Positions 29,290 through 38,799 of a stretch of DNA of 64,000 nt are shown here, piece after piece (the stretch's first letter is position 1; every line of letters begins with the position of its first letter). The DNA is taken from the IMG/VR virus record IMGVR_UViG_3300035182_002586, positions 62,001 through 126,000 of that record; one strand, written 5' to 3'. The notes under the pieces were generated by a model. It worked only from the letters and a program-made list of their open reading frames with translations. It did not search any database and was not told where the DNA came from. The translations under genes were made by a program, and so were the position numbers.

Positions 29290-29640
29290 GAACCCCCGAG
29301 GTTTAGGGGTCGGTCATCTCGTCCCGCAAAGACGCTATGGCCGGGCTCGTTGGCGAACCGGCTTCCTCACGGAAGCTCCCCTCACGGGGTGCCACGAGAT
29401 GCTCTCGTGGTCACGAGAACCGCCCCCTTCTCGAAGAGGACGGTGACCACGGGTAGGCCGATCGAGGACTCGGAGGTCCAGACGTCGGTGAACGCGAAGT
29501 AGCAACCGAGGGATCGCCTCCGAAGTTCACGTGGAACTCCCCGATCCCCCTCCCGGAGCATTGAGCGATCGTTCCTGACGGAGCGGTCCCCTCACCGGGA
29601 AGAGCGAGCGAAACCCGGCATCCTCTTCTCTCTCGTGACG
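29290..29640 (+). ncRNA. Candidate structured non-coding RNA (alternatively origin-associated DNA hairpins)
   Basis: No ORF; about 10 inverted repeats, some nested; GGTGTA motif just upstream at ~29276. Confidence 0.4.
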
Positions 29641-29647
29641 TTCCCCT

Positions 29648-29820
29648 AGGATCAGATCAGAGAGATCCTGATCAAGTAGGTCAGGATCTTAGAGAAACAG
29701 CAGCAAGTACGAGTGATCCAGCAACAGCAACGAGTACGGATGTAGCAGTAGCAGCAGTAGACGACGACGCACCAGCAGTGACGGCAGCAGCAAGTGGTGA
29801 CGGTGACGAGGGACAACGGA
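29648..29820 (+). repeat. GATC-rich inverted repeats followed by a strand-biased CAG/CAA/TAG low-complexity tract
   Basis: aggatcagatcagagagatcctgatcaagtaggtcaggatc then cagcagcaa, gtagcagtagcagcagtag. Confidence 0.6.
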
Positions 29821-30000
29821 GTGCGGGGTGGGAGAGCCACCCCAAGAGACCGACGGACATAGATTGTCCGTCAGGTGCGGAGTCGAACGAAAAGGTGTTG
29901 ACCGTTCGACCCAAAGGCGTATCGTCGCGGGCGTAGCTCGATAGGTCACCCATCCCGATCCTCGGGCCGGGCCACCTCAGAGCGGATCGGGTTGGTACGA

Positions 30001-30438
30001 ATGCTCAAGACTGCACGAGAGATCGTCGCCCTCGGCGACGAGAGACTTGTCGTCGACTACGCCGTCGAGGCGGATCGACAGATCAAGGCGACCAAGGCGG
30101 AATTCGAAACCGCCAAGGACTTCTTGCGTCTTCGAGCTGCGGACATCGTGGCCCACACGAACGAACCGACGGCACAACTTAAGGGGAGCAGCGGCTCCGT
30201 GGTTGTGTCTTTCCAGAAGCCGCAGGCTGCGGTACGCAAGGGTGTCGATCCGCTCGCCTTCGAGCAGACGATGGACCCTAGCCTCTGGAGCACCTTCTTT
30301 CGCAAGAGGGTCGTCGTGGAGGTCGCCGACGATGCGGAGGCAAAGCTCGCCACGCTCACGCCTGCACAGCGGGCAGCGATGCTGAACCTCATCGAGATCC
30401 GAACGGACGTTCCGCGCGTGACGGTCAAGCAAGGCTGA
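30001..30438 (+). CDS. Hypothetical protein
   Basis: ORF. Confidence 0.6.
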   Translation: MLKTAREIVALGDERLVVDYAVEADRQIKATKAEFETAKDFLRLRAADIVAHTNEPTAQLKGSSGSVVVSFQKPQAAVRKGVDPLAFEQTMDPSLWSTFFRKRVVVEVADDAEAKLATLTPAQRAAMLNLIEIRTDVPRVTVKQG

Positions 30439-30519
30439 CCAGACCAAGGGGTAGCCGTGGTGGCTCGTGGTGACCACAAGCTCGATGTGGGGGGGATCGT
30501 CGCCGGACGTGCGCCCGCT

Positions 30520-31137
30520 CTACCCTCGTCGGAAGCTCGCTGCGTACGTCCAGGCGATCACGCTGGATGTCTCGGTGCCGAAGTTGGCTCCGAAGTCCAC
30601 GGCTCGCAGCCAGAGGCGGCGTGCGTCTTCCACATCTCCCTCTGCGAGGCGCTCGATGGCCTCGGCCCAGAAGTGCAGGGCCATGGTCTCGATCTCCGCA
30701 CCAGGGATTCGCAGCGTGGTGGTGACATCACCAGCAAGTTCAATGGCTTGCTTCGTGTGACCGGCCGCAAGGGCGAGCCAGGCGGAGCACACAGGAGCGG
30801 CCGCGTGTTCCTCGTCGAGGGCCACACCGGTCAGCGGGCTTCCAGCCACGAGGCGCATAGCCTCTTCGAGAGTCGTTTCGATCGCGTCACCAGACGCGAT
30901 CGGCCGTCGGGCCGCGAGGACTTCACGAGTGAGATCGCGAGCTTTGCCTCGCACATCCTCGTGCCCGTCCGCTGCGGCTACCGCGGCGTTCATAGCCCGG
31001 ACCTCTGCGATCACGCTGACGGTCGGGTTCACCACAACCCCCGGAAGTCGACGAACAACCGCCCTCGCGCGGGATGGCTGCGACAAGGGCGGTTGTTCTG
31101 TACGCCCATCGGCATACGGGCGAACGCAGACGTACAA
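30520..31137 (-). CDS. Hypothetical helical protein (start uncertain)
   Basis: Ala-rich ORF. Confidence 0.5.
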   Translation of the reverse strand: MYVCVRPYADGRTEQPPLSQPSRARAVVRRLPGVVVNPTVSVIAEVRAMNAAVAAADGHEDVRGKARDLTREVLAARRPIASGDAIETTLEEAMRLVAGSPLTGVALDEEHAAAPVCSAWLALAAGHTKQAIELAGDVTTTLRIPGAEIETMALHFWAEAIERLAEGDVEDARRLWLRAVDFGANFGTETSSVIAWTYAASFRRG

Positions 31138-31298
31138 CGCGACGAGTCACGGGTCAAGAGGGCCTTCTCTACACGTACGGTTTCGCAGGGGTTTTTCGGT
31201 AGGGTCGTGGGCGTCGGCATGCGTCCGGGATCTTTTTTCAGGGTCGACGATGGATCGGCGTCGTCGTCGCTCTGTACTTACACCGAGCGAGGGATGGC

Positions 31299-32480
31299 AT
31301 GAGCGAAACGCAGTCTGAACTGGTCGTAGTCGGCAAGGGTTCGATCACCGCTGCATCGGCGGAAGAGGAGTGGTCCGAGACGGACCTCGACACGGACGTG
31401 ACGGCAGAGGTGGGCGAGGACGACAACGACAACGACACGGCTGCGCTTGCGCTCGTGACGCCGCCCCCGGCGACGCGCCCGCGTGGTGCGTCGCTCGACA
31501 CGAACGAGGGCCGTCCGTGGCCGGCGGGCGTGCCGCGCAACTACGACGAGATGTACCAGACGTGGGGGAAGTACGTCTCGAACCTCATCGGCCGGTACAA
31601 CAAGGTCGATCGCAACTTCGAGGAGCTGGTCCAGTGGATCTGGGAGAAGCTCCTCCAGTCGAACCTCCTGGAGAAGTACGTCGACCGTCTCTACGACTCG
31701 CAGGAGACCGTCTCGAACTTCGAGGCGTGCCAGTTCGTCGGCCTCGCCTGGAGCGTCGAGCGCATCGGCCCGGACGGCAAGAAGCGCATGGATCGCGGCC
31801 CGTGGTACAAGCGCATGTGGCGCTGCTACTGCGGCGAGCCGATGGGTCGCAAGGGGAACATCCCGCTCGGCCCCGACGGTCAGCGGCTCCGGAAGAAGTC
31901 CGGCTGGATGCCGAAGATCGTCAAGGGGACGTGGGCCTCGAAGGAAGCTCTCCTCCTCCGCAGCGACGTCATCAAGTTCAAGGAACAGCTCGACGAGGAG
32001 CGCATGGAGGCGGCCCTGGAGGGCAAGGTCCTGCGCATCTGGCAGAGCATCGGGGAGTCGAAGATCCCGATCCCGGCGTCGACGGACGCGAACTTCGCGG
32101 GCTACTTGCGCCGCGCCGTCCGCAACCACTTCTGCAACTTCGTCCGCCACAAGGAGCGCAAGGAAAAGGAGCGGCTGCACGACCACTTCTTCACCTTCAC
32201 GAACCGTCTGGCGCAGAACGAGGGCGCGCAGTGGGAAGACCTGCTCGTCGACGAGCGGAGCGGCGGGGCCGCCGAGGCGTCCGCCGAGCTGAACGCGGCG
32301 CTCGCCAAGATGCTGCCGCACATCCCGGAGAAGTTCCAGAAGTCGCTCTTCGACCTCCTCATGGAGGGCGTGACCCTGGAACACTCGATCAACCGTCTGG
32401 ACGCGACGCCTGAGGAGAAGCGCACGATGTCGCGCGCCGTCTCCGCGGTGCGGCCGATCAGACGGCAGGCGGGCTACTGA
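31299..32480 (+). CDS. Phage sigma-factor-like protein with a large insertion in region 2
   Basis: YDEMYQTWGKYV...FEELVQWIWEKL [insert] FAGYLRRAVRNHFCNFVR; C-terminal L.KML..IPEKFQ....L...G.TL. Confidence 0.6.
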   Translation: MSETQSELVVVGKGSITAASAEEEWSETDLDTDVTAEVGEDDNDNDTAALALVTPPPATRPRGASLDTNEGRPWPAGVPRNYDEMYQTWGKYVSNLIGRYNKVDRNFEELVQWIWEKLLQSNLLEKYVDRLYDSQETVSNFEACQFVGLAWSVERIGPDGKKRMDRGPWYKRMWRCYCGEPMGRKGNIPLGPDGQRLRKKSGWMPKIVKGTWASKEALLLRSDVIKFKEQLDEERMEAALEGKVLRIWQSIGESKIPIPASTDANFAGYLRRAVRNHFCNFVRHKERKEKERLHDHFFTFTNRLAQNEGAQWEDLLVDERSGGAAEASAELNAALAKMLPHIPEKFQKSLFDLLMEGVTLEHSINRLDATPEEKRTMSRAVSAVRPIRRQAGY

Positions 32481-33063
32481 TCGCCGCGAGGACTTCCAGG
32501 GCGCGAGCCTCCAGCTCCGCCCTGGTCCCTTCGTTCACGATGACGTGATCGGCGACACTCACCTTCTCCATGAGCGGGAGCTGTGAAGCAATACGAGCCC
32601 GAGCAGCTTCTTCGGATAGTTCGTCACGCGCCATGATGCGCTGAATCTGCACCGCAGGGGACACGGCGACGACGACCAGGGGTCGGTAGTGCCTGTGAAG
32701 CCCCTTCTCGATCAAGAGGGCTGCATCGACACACACGATGCAGCCCTTCTTGCGTTCTGTCTCGACACGAGCCGCGATGGCCTCGAAGAGGATGGGGCCC
32801 AGGGTGGTGTCGAGACGGTTCAGCTCCGACACCGAACCGAACACGTGCGCCCCGAGCGCCTTCCGATCCAGCGTCCCGTCCGCTGTCAGGAACTTCGCCC
32901 CGAACGTCTTCACGATGACATCCAAGCCCGGCTCCCCGGGGCGCACGATGTCCCTGGATACGAGGTCCCCGTCGACCACAGAGACACCCGCAGCCGCGAA
33001 GACCGTGGACACGGTGCTCTTCCCCGACGCTATCCCACCCGTCAGCCCGAACACGATGGCCAT
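32458..33063 (-). CDS. coaE: Dephospho-CoA kinase
   Basis: GLTGGIASGKSTV, LDRKALG..VF, DAALLIE, RIASQLP...K...AD.VI.N. Confidence 0.92.
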   Translation of the reverse strand: MAIVFGLTGGIASGKSTVSTVFAAAGVSVVDGDLVSRDIVRPGEPGLDVIVKTFGAKFLTADGTLDRKALGAHVFGSVSELNRLDTTLGPILFEAIAARVETERKKGCIVCVDAALLIEKGLHRHYRPLVVVAVSPAVQIQRIMARDELSEEAARARIASQLPLMEKVSVADHVIVNEGTRAELEARALEVLAAISSPPAV

Positions 33064-33073
33064 GTTGCTGGAC

Positions 33074-33090
33074 TACACCGACGTGGTGTA
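33074..33090. promoter_or_regulatory. Back-to-back GGTGTA motifs serving coaE and the methyltransferase (representative of more than 20 copies)
   Basis: TACACC-gacgt-GGTGTA, 10 and 12 nt from the two divergent ATGs. Confidence 0.7.
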
Positions 33091-33102
33091 GGGACCACCT
33101 CG

Positions 33103-34017
33103 ATGACCACCACCTCGATGACCACCCCCTCGAACGCCATCCTCCACGGGGACTGCCTCGACCGGCTGCGTACGTTCTCATCCGAGTCCGTCGATGCAGT
33201 CGTGACCGACCCCCCGTACGGGCTCGGCACCAAGGAACCCACAGGGGAGGAGATCGATCACTACCTCGCCGGAGGTGCGCTCGACACGGGCGGCGACTTC
33301 ATGGGCAAAGAGTGGGAGATCCCGCCGGTCGCCGTCTGGCTAGAGTGTCTTCGTGTGCTTCGGCCCGGAGGCCACCTCCTCGCGTTCGCGGGCACCCGTA
33401 CGTGGGACATCATGGCAGCAGGCATCGCAGCGGCCGGGTTCACAGACGAGGACACCCTCGCGAGCGAATTCGCTACCCCTGTTCTCGGGTGGGTCCACGG
33501 ACAAGGCTTCCCGAAGAGCCTCGACGTGTCCAAGGCGCTCGCCAAGATGCCGGGCGTCAGCCCCGAAGAGGTCGAGAAGTGGAAGGGCTTCGGCACGGCC
33601 CTCAAGCCTTCGTGGGAGCCTGTTCTCGTCTACCGCAAGCCTGGGAGCGGTCCCTATGACGGGCCCCGGCCGGAGATCCCGTTCTTCTACTGCGCCAAGG
33701 TGTCGCAGGCGGAGGCCACGAAGAAGGGGAAGGTCGAGAACACGCACCCGACCCGCAAGCCGATCGCCCTCATGCAGTGGTTGGTCGAGATGTCGACCAC
33801 GGGGGGACAGCTCGTGCTCGACCCCTACTGCGGCTCGGGCTCCACGTGCGTCGCCACGCTGCTGTCCGGACGGCGCTACCTCGGCATCGAGCGCGAGGCC
33901 ACCTACCACGCGATCGCAGAGGCACGCATCGCCCTCTACGCCGTCGACAAGAATGACGACGACGCCCTCAGGAGCGGGTTCGACTACATGGACGACCTGC
34001 CCCAAGAGGGGGACTGA
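33103..34017 (+). CDS. DNA amino-methyltransferase (N4C/N6A, beta class)
   Basis: GDC, VTDPPYG, HPTRKPIALM, VLDPYCGSGST. Confidence 0.9.
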   Translation: MTTTSMTTPSNAILHGDCLDRLRTFSSESVDAVVTDPPYGLGTKEPTGEEIDHYLAGGALDTGGDFMGKEWEIPPVAVWLECLRVLRPGGHLLAFAGTRTWDIMAAGIAAAGFTDEDTLASEFATPVLGWVHGQGFPKSLDVSKALAKMPGVSPEEVEKWKGFGTALKPSWEPVLVYRKPGSGPYDGPRPEIPFFYCAKVSQAEATKKGKVENTHPTRKPIALMQWLVEMSTTGGQLVLDPYCGSGSTCVATLLSGRRYLGIEREATYHAIAEARIALYAVDKNDDDALRSGFDYMDDLPQEGD

Positions 34018-34019
34018 CT

Positions 34020-34670
34020 GTGCGCGTGCCGGACGACGACGTGTACATCGTGACCGGCTACCTGCACGCCAAGCGTCGCATCATCGAGGCCGGGTTCGCC
34101 AACGACATCGATTGGGCGGAGGGTCTCGCCAAAGTAGTCCCGGACGCCCACTACGTCATGCGCGAGACCGCGTGGGTCATCATCAACAGCGGTTTCCGAG
34201 CCAAGGTGGCGCAGAAGCTCTGGCCGCGCCTCCGGTTCGCCTTCAACGAGTTCGTCCCGCAACTCATCGACGAGACGAACTTCAAGGCTGCGATGGCGAT
34301 CCTCGCGCATGAGGGCAAGATGAAGGCGATCGTGAAGGTCGCCGAGATCATCACCCGAGACGGGATCGGCCAGATCTTGGAGGATGCCAAGGACCCTCCG
34401 AGGCTCACGCGGTTGCCGTTCATCGGTAAGATCACGTGCTACCACCTGGCGAAGGTGCTTGGGGTCGATGTCGTCAAGCCCGACGTGCACCTGACACGCG
34501 CGGCGGTGGCGGCGAAGAAGCCGTCCCCCCTCGCTCTGTGTGAAGCGATCCGGAATGCGATCGGGGACACGCTCACGGTCGTCGACTCTGTACTGTGGCG
34601 CTACGGGGAGCAGCAAGAAGCACGCAAGTGGCCGACGTGGGACATGTTGTTCGAGGTGTCGACGGTGTAG
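34020..34670 (+). CDS. HhH DNA-glycosylase-like protein
   Basis: LTRLPFIGKIT..HLAK.LG.DVVKPDVHL. Confidence 0.65.
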   Translation: MRVPDDDVYIVTGYLHAKRRIIEAGFANDIDWAEGLAKVVPDAHYVMRETAWVIINSGFRAKVAQKLWPRLRFAFNEFVPQLIDETNFKAAMAILAHEGKMKAIVKVAEIITRDGIGQILEDAKDPPRLTRLPFIGKITCYHLAKVLGVDVVKPDVHLTRAAVAAKKPSPLALCEAIRNAIGDTLTVVDSVLWRYGEQQEARKWPTWDMLFEVSTV

Positions 34671-34679
34671 AAGACGAAC

Positions 34680-34967
34680 ATGACTCCCGGCATTCTCGTC
34701 CTCACCTTGGGGTCAACCGTCTACTGCGGGATGTCCTTCCGGGAGTTCATCCTCCTCAAGCGCACCCTCGACCAGATCGAGCGGAAGGTCATCGAGGGGG
34801 ACATCGACGCCAAGAGGGCGTACATCCTCGTGGATCGAGTTCAGGGGACGCTCTCGATGCAGGGGCTCTACATCGCCTTCGCACTGCTCTCCCTCTTCTG
34901 GCCCGTCCTCTGGTGGCAGTCGTGGCGAAACAAGCGCCGGAAGGCGATGGCCGCGAAAAGCCTATGA
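34680..34967 (+). CDS. Small membrane protein
   Basis: Two hydrophobic segments; GGTGTA 10 nt upstream. Confidence 0.6.
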   Translation: MTPGILVLTLGSTVYCGMSFREFILLKRTLDQIERKVIEGDIDAKRAYILVDRVQGTLSMQGLYIAFALLSLFWPVLWWQSWRNKRRKAMAAKSL

Positions 34968-34998
34968 ATCCTCTTGTGCCGTGGGGTTTTTGGACCCT

Positions 34999-35535
34999 AT
35001 GGCACAAGATCCGCTGGAGACGATCCGCAACCTGATCGCTCGCGCGGGCTCGGACAACGAGCACGAGGCGCGAACGTCGGCGGTTCTCGCGCTCAAGCTG
35101 ATGAAGAAACATGGGGTCGTCCTCACCCTCCCGGGTGAGATACCTCCGCCCGTGAGCCCCTCCGCTGTGGTGTCGGACCCGGTGCCCGACGAACCGTTCT
35201 TCGTCCCAACCAAGAAGCCCCTTCGACGCGTCCGCGACCTGCACGGGTCCGAGTGGTCTTTCTACGAGACGGGGCCCGGTGGGGGTCGTTGCATCATGTG
35301 CGACATCCCCATCATCCGCGGGGTGGCGTTCTACATGGGTGACCCCGGCCTGGTCCACCTTGGGTGTTGGAGTCAGCGTCAGGCTGGAGCCACACGCTCT
35401 GCCCGGGCCACGGCCACGGGGCGCCCTCACGTGACCCCCGCGACTCCAGGTCCCCCACCCGCACCACCCCCACCGGTGGACGAAGCTAGCGCGGTCGATT
35501 CCGTGTGGGAGTTCGTGTCGAAGATCCCACGTTGA
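34999..35535 (+). CDS. DUF2786-like N-terminal domain protein
   Basis: IRNLIARAGSDNEHEARTSAVLALKLMKKHG. Confidence 0.6.
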   Translation: MAQDPLETIRNLIARAGSDNEHEARTSAVLALKLMKKHGVVLTLPGEIPPPVSPSAVVSDPVPDEPFFVPTKKPLRRVRDLHGSEWSFYETGPGGGRCIMCDIPIIRGVAFYMGDPGLVHLGCWSQRQAGATRSARATATGRPHVTPATPGPPPAPPPPVDEASAVDSVWEFVSKIPR

Positions 35536-35573
35536 CCGTGTACTTATCGTGACGTGTAGGGGAGAGGTGCCTG

Positions 35574-36230
35574 ATGGCTTTCCCCGTTTTCCCCGAAGGT
35601 CCCCGAGTCCTCAGCCCCACGGGCCTGGTGGTCTACCCGGAAGACCCTAGCACCGGCTACCCCGCCAACGCGTCGAACGCCGTCCCCGGTCAGGTGTTGT
35701 GCGTCCGTGGGCCCGAGTCCTACCCGGTCACGTCGAGTGACCCCCTCTACGGTCGTCGGGGCTACCTCGACATGCAGGTGTACCTCGGGATCCCCCCGAC
35801 GAGCCCGTCCGTGTACCGCCCCATCGGCCGGCGTCGTCGTCCCCGTCCGTGGCCCCCCGCACCGCACTCCCCTCCGCAGTCCCTCTTCGCGATCGTGGGG
35901 GCGGACGGTGCCTACTTCGCGGTGTCCATCGACCCCACGGGCAACAACATCCAGTTCGGGATGTCCGATGGTCAGGCTGTAACCGTCGCACAGACGAACG
36001 CCGCGTCCTTCGGCGACAACATGGTCGTGCGGCTGGTCGTATCCTTCGACGCAGTTCGGGGCGTTGCCTCCGCGTCCTTCGACGGTACCCCGGCAACGTG
36101 GACAGTCGAACCGAGCGGGCCGTGGTTGCCGTTTCGGCCTACCCGCATCGACATCGGCACCGAGACGCCAGAGCTGGGCTTGGACGGCTTCGACGGTGCG
36201 CTCTACCTGGCGCAGTACGGCGAGCCCTAG
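35574..36230 (+). CDS. Hypothetical beta-sandwich protein, possibly virion-associated
   Basis: ORF; TTATC motif upstream. Confidence 0.55.
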   Translation: MAFPVFPEGPRVLSPTGLVVYPEDPSTGYPANASNAVPGQVLCVRGPESYPVTSSDPLYGRRGYLDMQVYLGIPPTSPSVYRPIGRRRRPRPWPPAPHSPPQSLFAIVGADGAYFAVSIDPTGNNIQFGMSDGQAVTVAQTNAASFGDNMVVRLVVSFDAVRGVASASFDGTPATWTVEPSGPWLPFRPTRIDIGTETPELGLDGFDGALYLAQYGEP

Positions 36231-38797
36231 AGCACGTCGTCGTCATCGAGAAGGCGCGTCCACAGCTCACGCCCCGGGGCGTCCTGGATGGTACGCGCCT
36301 TCTGCGTAGAGCCTCGCGTGAGCCCACGGAAGTCTCGTAGTAGGTCGGCGATGGGCACCGTCTCTTCAACGCCCCCCGTCCACCGAACACGGGCAGTGCG
36401 CCGCACTTCGTCGAACTCGACGACGTTGCATCGACGGTGGGTCTTGGTGTTGACCCACTCGTCCCCGAAAGGCGGCGGGGTGTCTTCCGTGGTGGTCAAT
36501 GTACCGCCGACGAGGAAGGCCGACGTCAACGCGTCGTAGCGCACGGGCTGCTCTCGCGTGAAGTCGTCGAGAGGGCCGACCCAAGCGATGCGCGCGTCCT
36601 CCCCGAGCCTTCGGATCGACAGAAGTGTCCCACGGGAGGAGATGATCTGGCCTGCACGGAAGCTCGTGGTGCTGGTGATGGGGGTCGCCATCTGCGCGTG
36701 CACGAGCCCGTCCGCAACGACGACAGCAGCGCACAGGAGAACCGTAGACCCGTCCTTCGTCGGCACCGGGACCTCGAACACCTCGCCGACGTTCACCGTC
36801 TCTTCGTCCGGGAGCAGAAGATGCAGCGTGGAGGTGTTGGCGTGCATCACCGACGCCGGGTGGAGACGCCGAACTTCCGTGGAGGGTTGTGCGGCGGGTC
36901 GGGGTCGAGAAGGGGTCGCTTGGCTCGTCAGGTCGGGGACTCCGAGTGCCGATCGAATGGCCCGTGCGGTGTGCTCGGTCTCCCCCGACAGGTCGAGGAG
37001 ATCTGCGGTCCCCCACGTTGCATCGTCGAGGATGGTCGCGAACTCCGTACGGCCGCGAATGCGACGGGGTGCGGTCGGGAACCCAAGCGTCGTCGGGGGT
37101 TCCTGGTGAATCGGGGTGGCAGTCACGTAGTCCCGGCCGTCGTTTTGGCTTACGTCCTCTGCCGAGAGGAACATGAGTAGCCCGTTCGCCACGGACTCCA
37201 CAGCGACCCTCGGGATCATGTCGAGAACCTGCCCCGCTCGCAGGTCTGGGGAGTAGGCCGACGTGCTGTTCCGGTAGACCAACTCAGACGTGTTCGACCA
37301 GAAGTCGTTGAGCGGGAGCCTCTCCACGTTACCAGACGGCAGGATCTCCACATCCACGTGGTGGGAGGCATGGTCGAGGACTCGAAGCAGTGCCGCCGGT
37401 CCTCGCAACCATAACCACAGCGACCCGACGTTGAGCGAAGGGGCTACGGGCTCCTCGGGGGATACGCGATCCCTCAAGGACAGGAGCACCAACTCCGCCG
37501 GGTAGGGTCCTTGGAACGGAGCAGCAGTCAACGTCATGGGGTGGAGATCCGACACATCCATGCTGGATACGAGGCGGATCTCGTGTGGCGAAGGCATGCT
37601 CTCCACGAAGCACATACGGCCGTCTGCGAGCCGAAGGTGGGAACCGACCCGGAAGTTCCCGAGCAACCCTCCTAGGGGGTTGACCGAGATCTCGTGCTCC
37701 GCTTGTCGACCGTGCGCGGCGAGCTGTTGCGCGGGGATGTAGGCCAGGTGGTTGCTCCCCGGGAAGACCACCCGAAGACGGGCCCCAAGGTCGTCGAACA
37801 CTCGAACGAGAGTCGGTCCGACCGTGGACTGGAGCACCCACAGGGTCCCTTCCAACGAGGACCTAGACAGAGGGCGTGGCATCTCCTCCGGACGCGTGAC
37901 GGGGTTACTACCCGGCCTCAGCGGGACCCACTCTCTCACGAGGTCGTCCATCCACACGCGTGGCGACGAGCCGTTCAAGACCACGTACGGTCTGCGGTAG
38001 GAACCCGACACATCCTGGATGCGTGCAACCTCAAGCGTGGTGAGGTTGTGCACCAGAACCCCGGGCGATGCCCATGCGGGGGTGTCCACGGAATCCGTGC
38101 AAAGCTGGCGGCGACCACCGAAGGAAGAGATCCTCTCGACGGAACGCACGCGGTTGTAGTTCGCGGCGAAGTCCTGGAACGGGATGACGACGAGAGGCGT
38201 GCCGGCAGGCTGCCCCTCATCACGCACGTGAATCTCCGTCGTGATCCCTCGGACTTCCACCACCCTCTGGACCGTGACCGTGGCGCCGGGTTCGACCCAC
38301 TGTGCCCACGACTCCCCCACGGCGGGGGTGGGGAACGGGACGAACCCCAAGAGGTCCCGGAACCTGATCTGCTCGTTCGCCGCTTCGTGCGGGCGAGCGG
38401 GATCGATGTACGTGACGTGAAGGGTGCTCGCGCGCAGATCCACGCGATCGATGATGTGCGTGACCCCCCTGCACACGAGGTGCAGGTCCGGCTCGATCCA
38501 GAAGGGCGGGATGTCCTCGTCTTCTCTGGCCTCCCACGCTTCTTCTTCCTCGTCGCGGTACGTGACCCGTGCACGGAACGGGGGCGTCATCGGTGCCACC
38601 CGTTGAATCCAACGGTGGGGGCGCCACATGGTCACGGTATCCCCGAGCGATGGACGGTATAGAACCGCAGGGTCGTTGAGGTGGCGGATGAGAACGTGCG
38701 GGGACACGTCCCGCGTGATCTCCTCGACGATGCCCTGCGCATCGTTCGCGACGGTCTGGACCACAGACCCGGGGGTGAGCCAACGAGGGGACGGCAT
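36227..38797 (-). CDS. Large hypothetical protein with repeated small beta-barrel-like modules
   Basis: Start MPSPRWLTPG at 38797; recurring W..PG / G[ESD].W modules. Confidence 0.65.
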   Translation of the reverse strand: MPSPRWLTPGSVVQTVANDAQGIVEEITRDVSPHVLIRHLNDPAVLYRPSLGDTVTMWRPHRWIQRVAPMTPPFRARVTYRDEEEEAWEAREDEDIPPFWIEPDLHLVCRGVTHIIDRVDLRASTLHVTYIDPARPHEAANEQIRFRDLLGFVPFPTPAVGESWAQWVEPGATVTVQRVVEVRGITTEIHVRDEGQPAGTPLVVIPFQDFAANYNRVRSVERISSFGGRRQLCTDSVDTPAWASPGVLVHNLTTLEVARIQDVSGSYRRPYVVLNGSSPRVWMDDLVREWVPLRPGSNPVTRPEEMPRPLSRSSLEGTLWVLQSTVGPTLVRVFDDLGARLRVVFPGSNHLAYIPAQQLAAHGRQAEHEISVNPLGGLLGNFRVGSHLRLADGRMCFVESMPSPHEIRLVSSMDVSDLHPMTLTAAPFQGPYPAELVLLSLRDRVSPEEPVAPSLNVGSLWLWLRGPAALLRVLDHASHHVDVEILPSGNVERLPLNDFWSNTSELVYRNSTSAYSPDLRAGQVLDMIPRVAVESVANGLLMFLSAEDVSQNDGRDYVTATPIHQEPPTTLGFPTAPRRIRGRTEFATILDDATWGTADLLDLSGETEHTARAIRSALGVPDLTSQATPSRPRPAAQPSTEVRRLHPASVMHANTSTLHLLLPDEETVNVGEVFEVPVPTKDGSTVLLCAAVVVADGLVHAQMATPITSTTSFRAGQIISSRGTLLSIRRLGEDARIAWVGPLDDFTREQPVRYDALTSAFLVGGTLTTTEDTPPPFGDEWVNTKTHRRCNVVEFDEVRRTARVRWTGGVEETVPIADLLRDFRGLTRGSTQKARTIQDAPGRELWTRLLDDDDVL

Positions 38798-38799
38798 GG

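Noticed and set aside
29690-29820. Possible CRISPR array or Cys/Leu-rich ORFs in the CAG tract
   Set aside because: No constant repeat-spacer periodicity; the ORFs are by-products of low complexity
33094-33133. 15-nt tandem duplication at the methyltransferase start
   Set aside because: In-frame local duplication with no evident function
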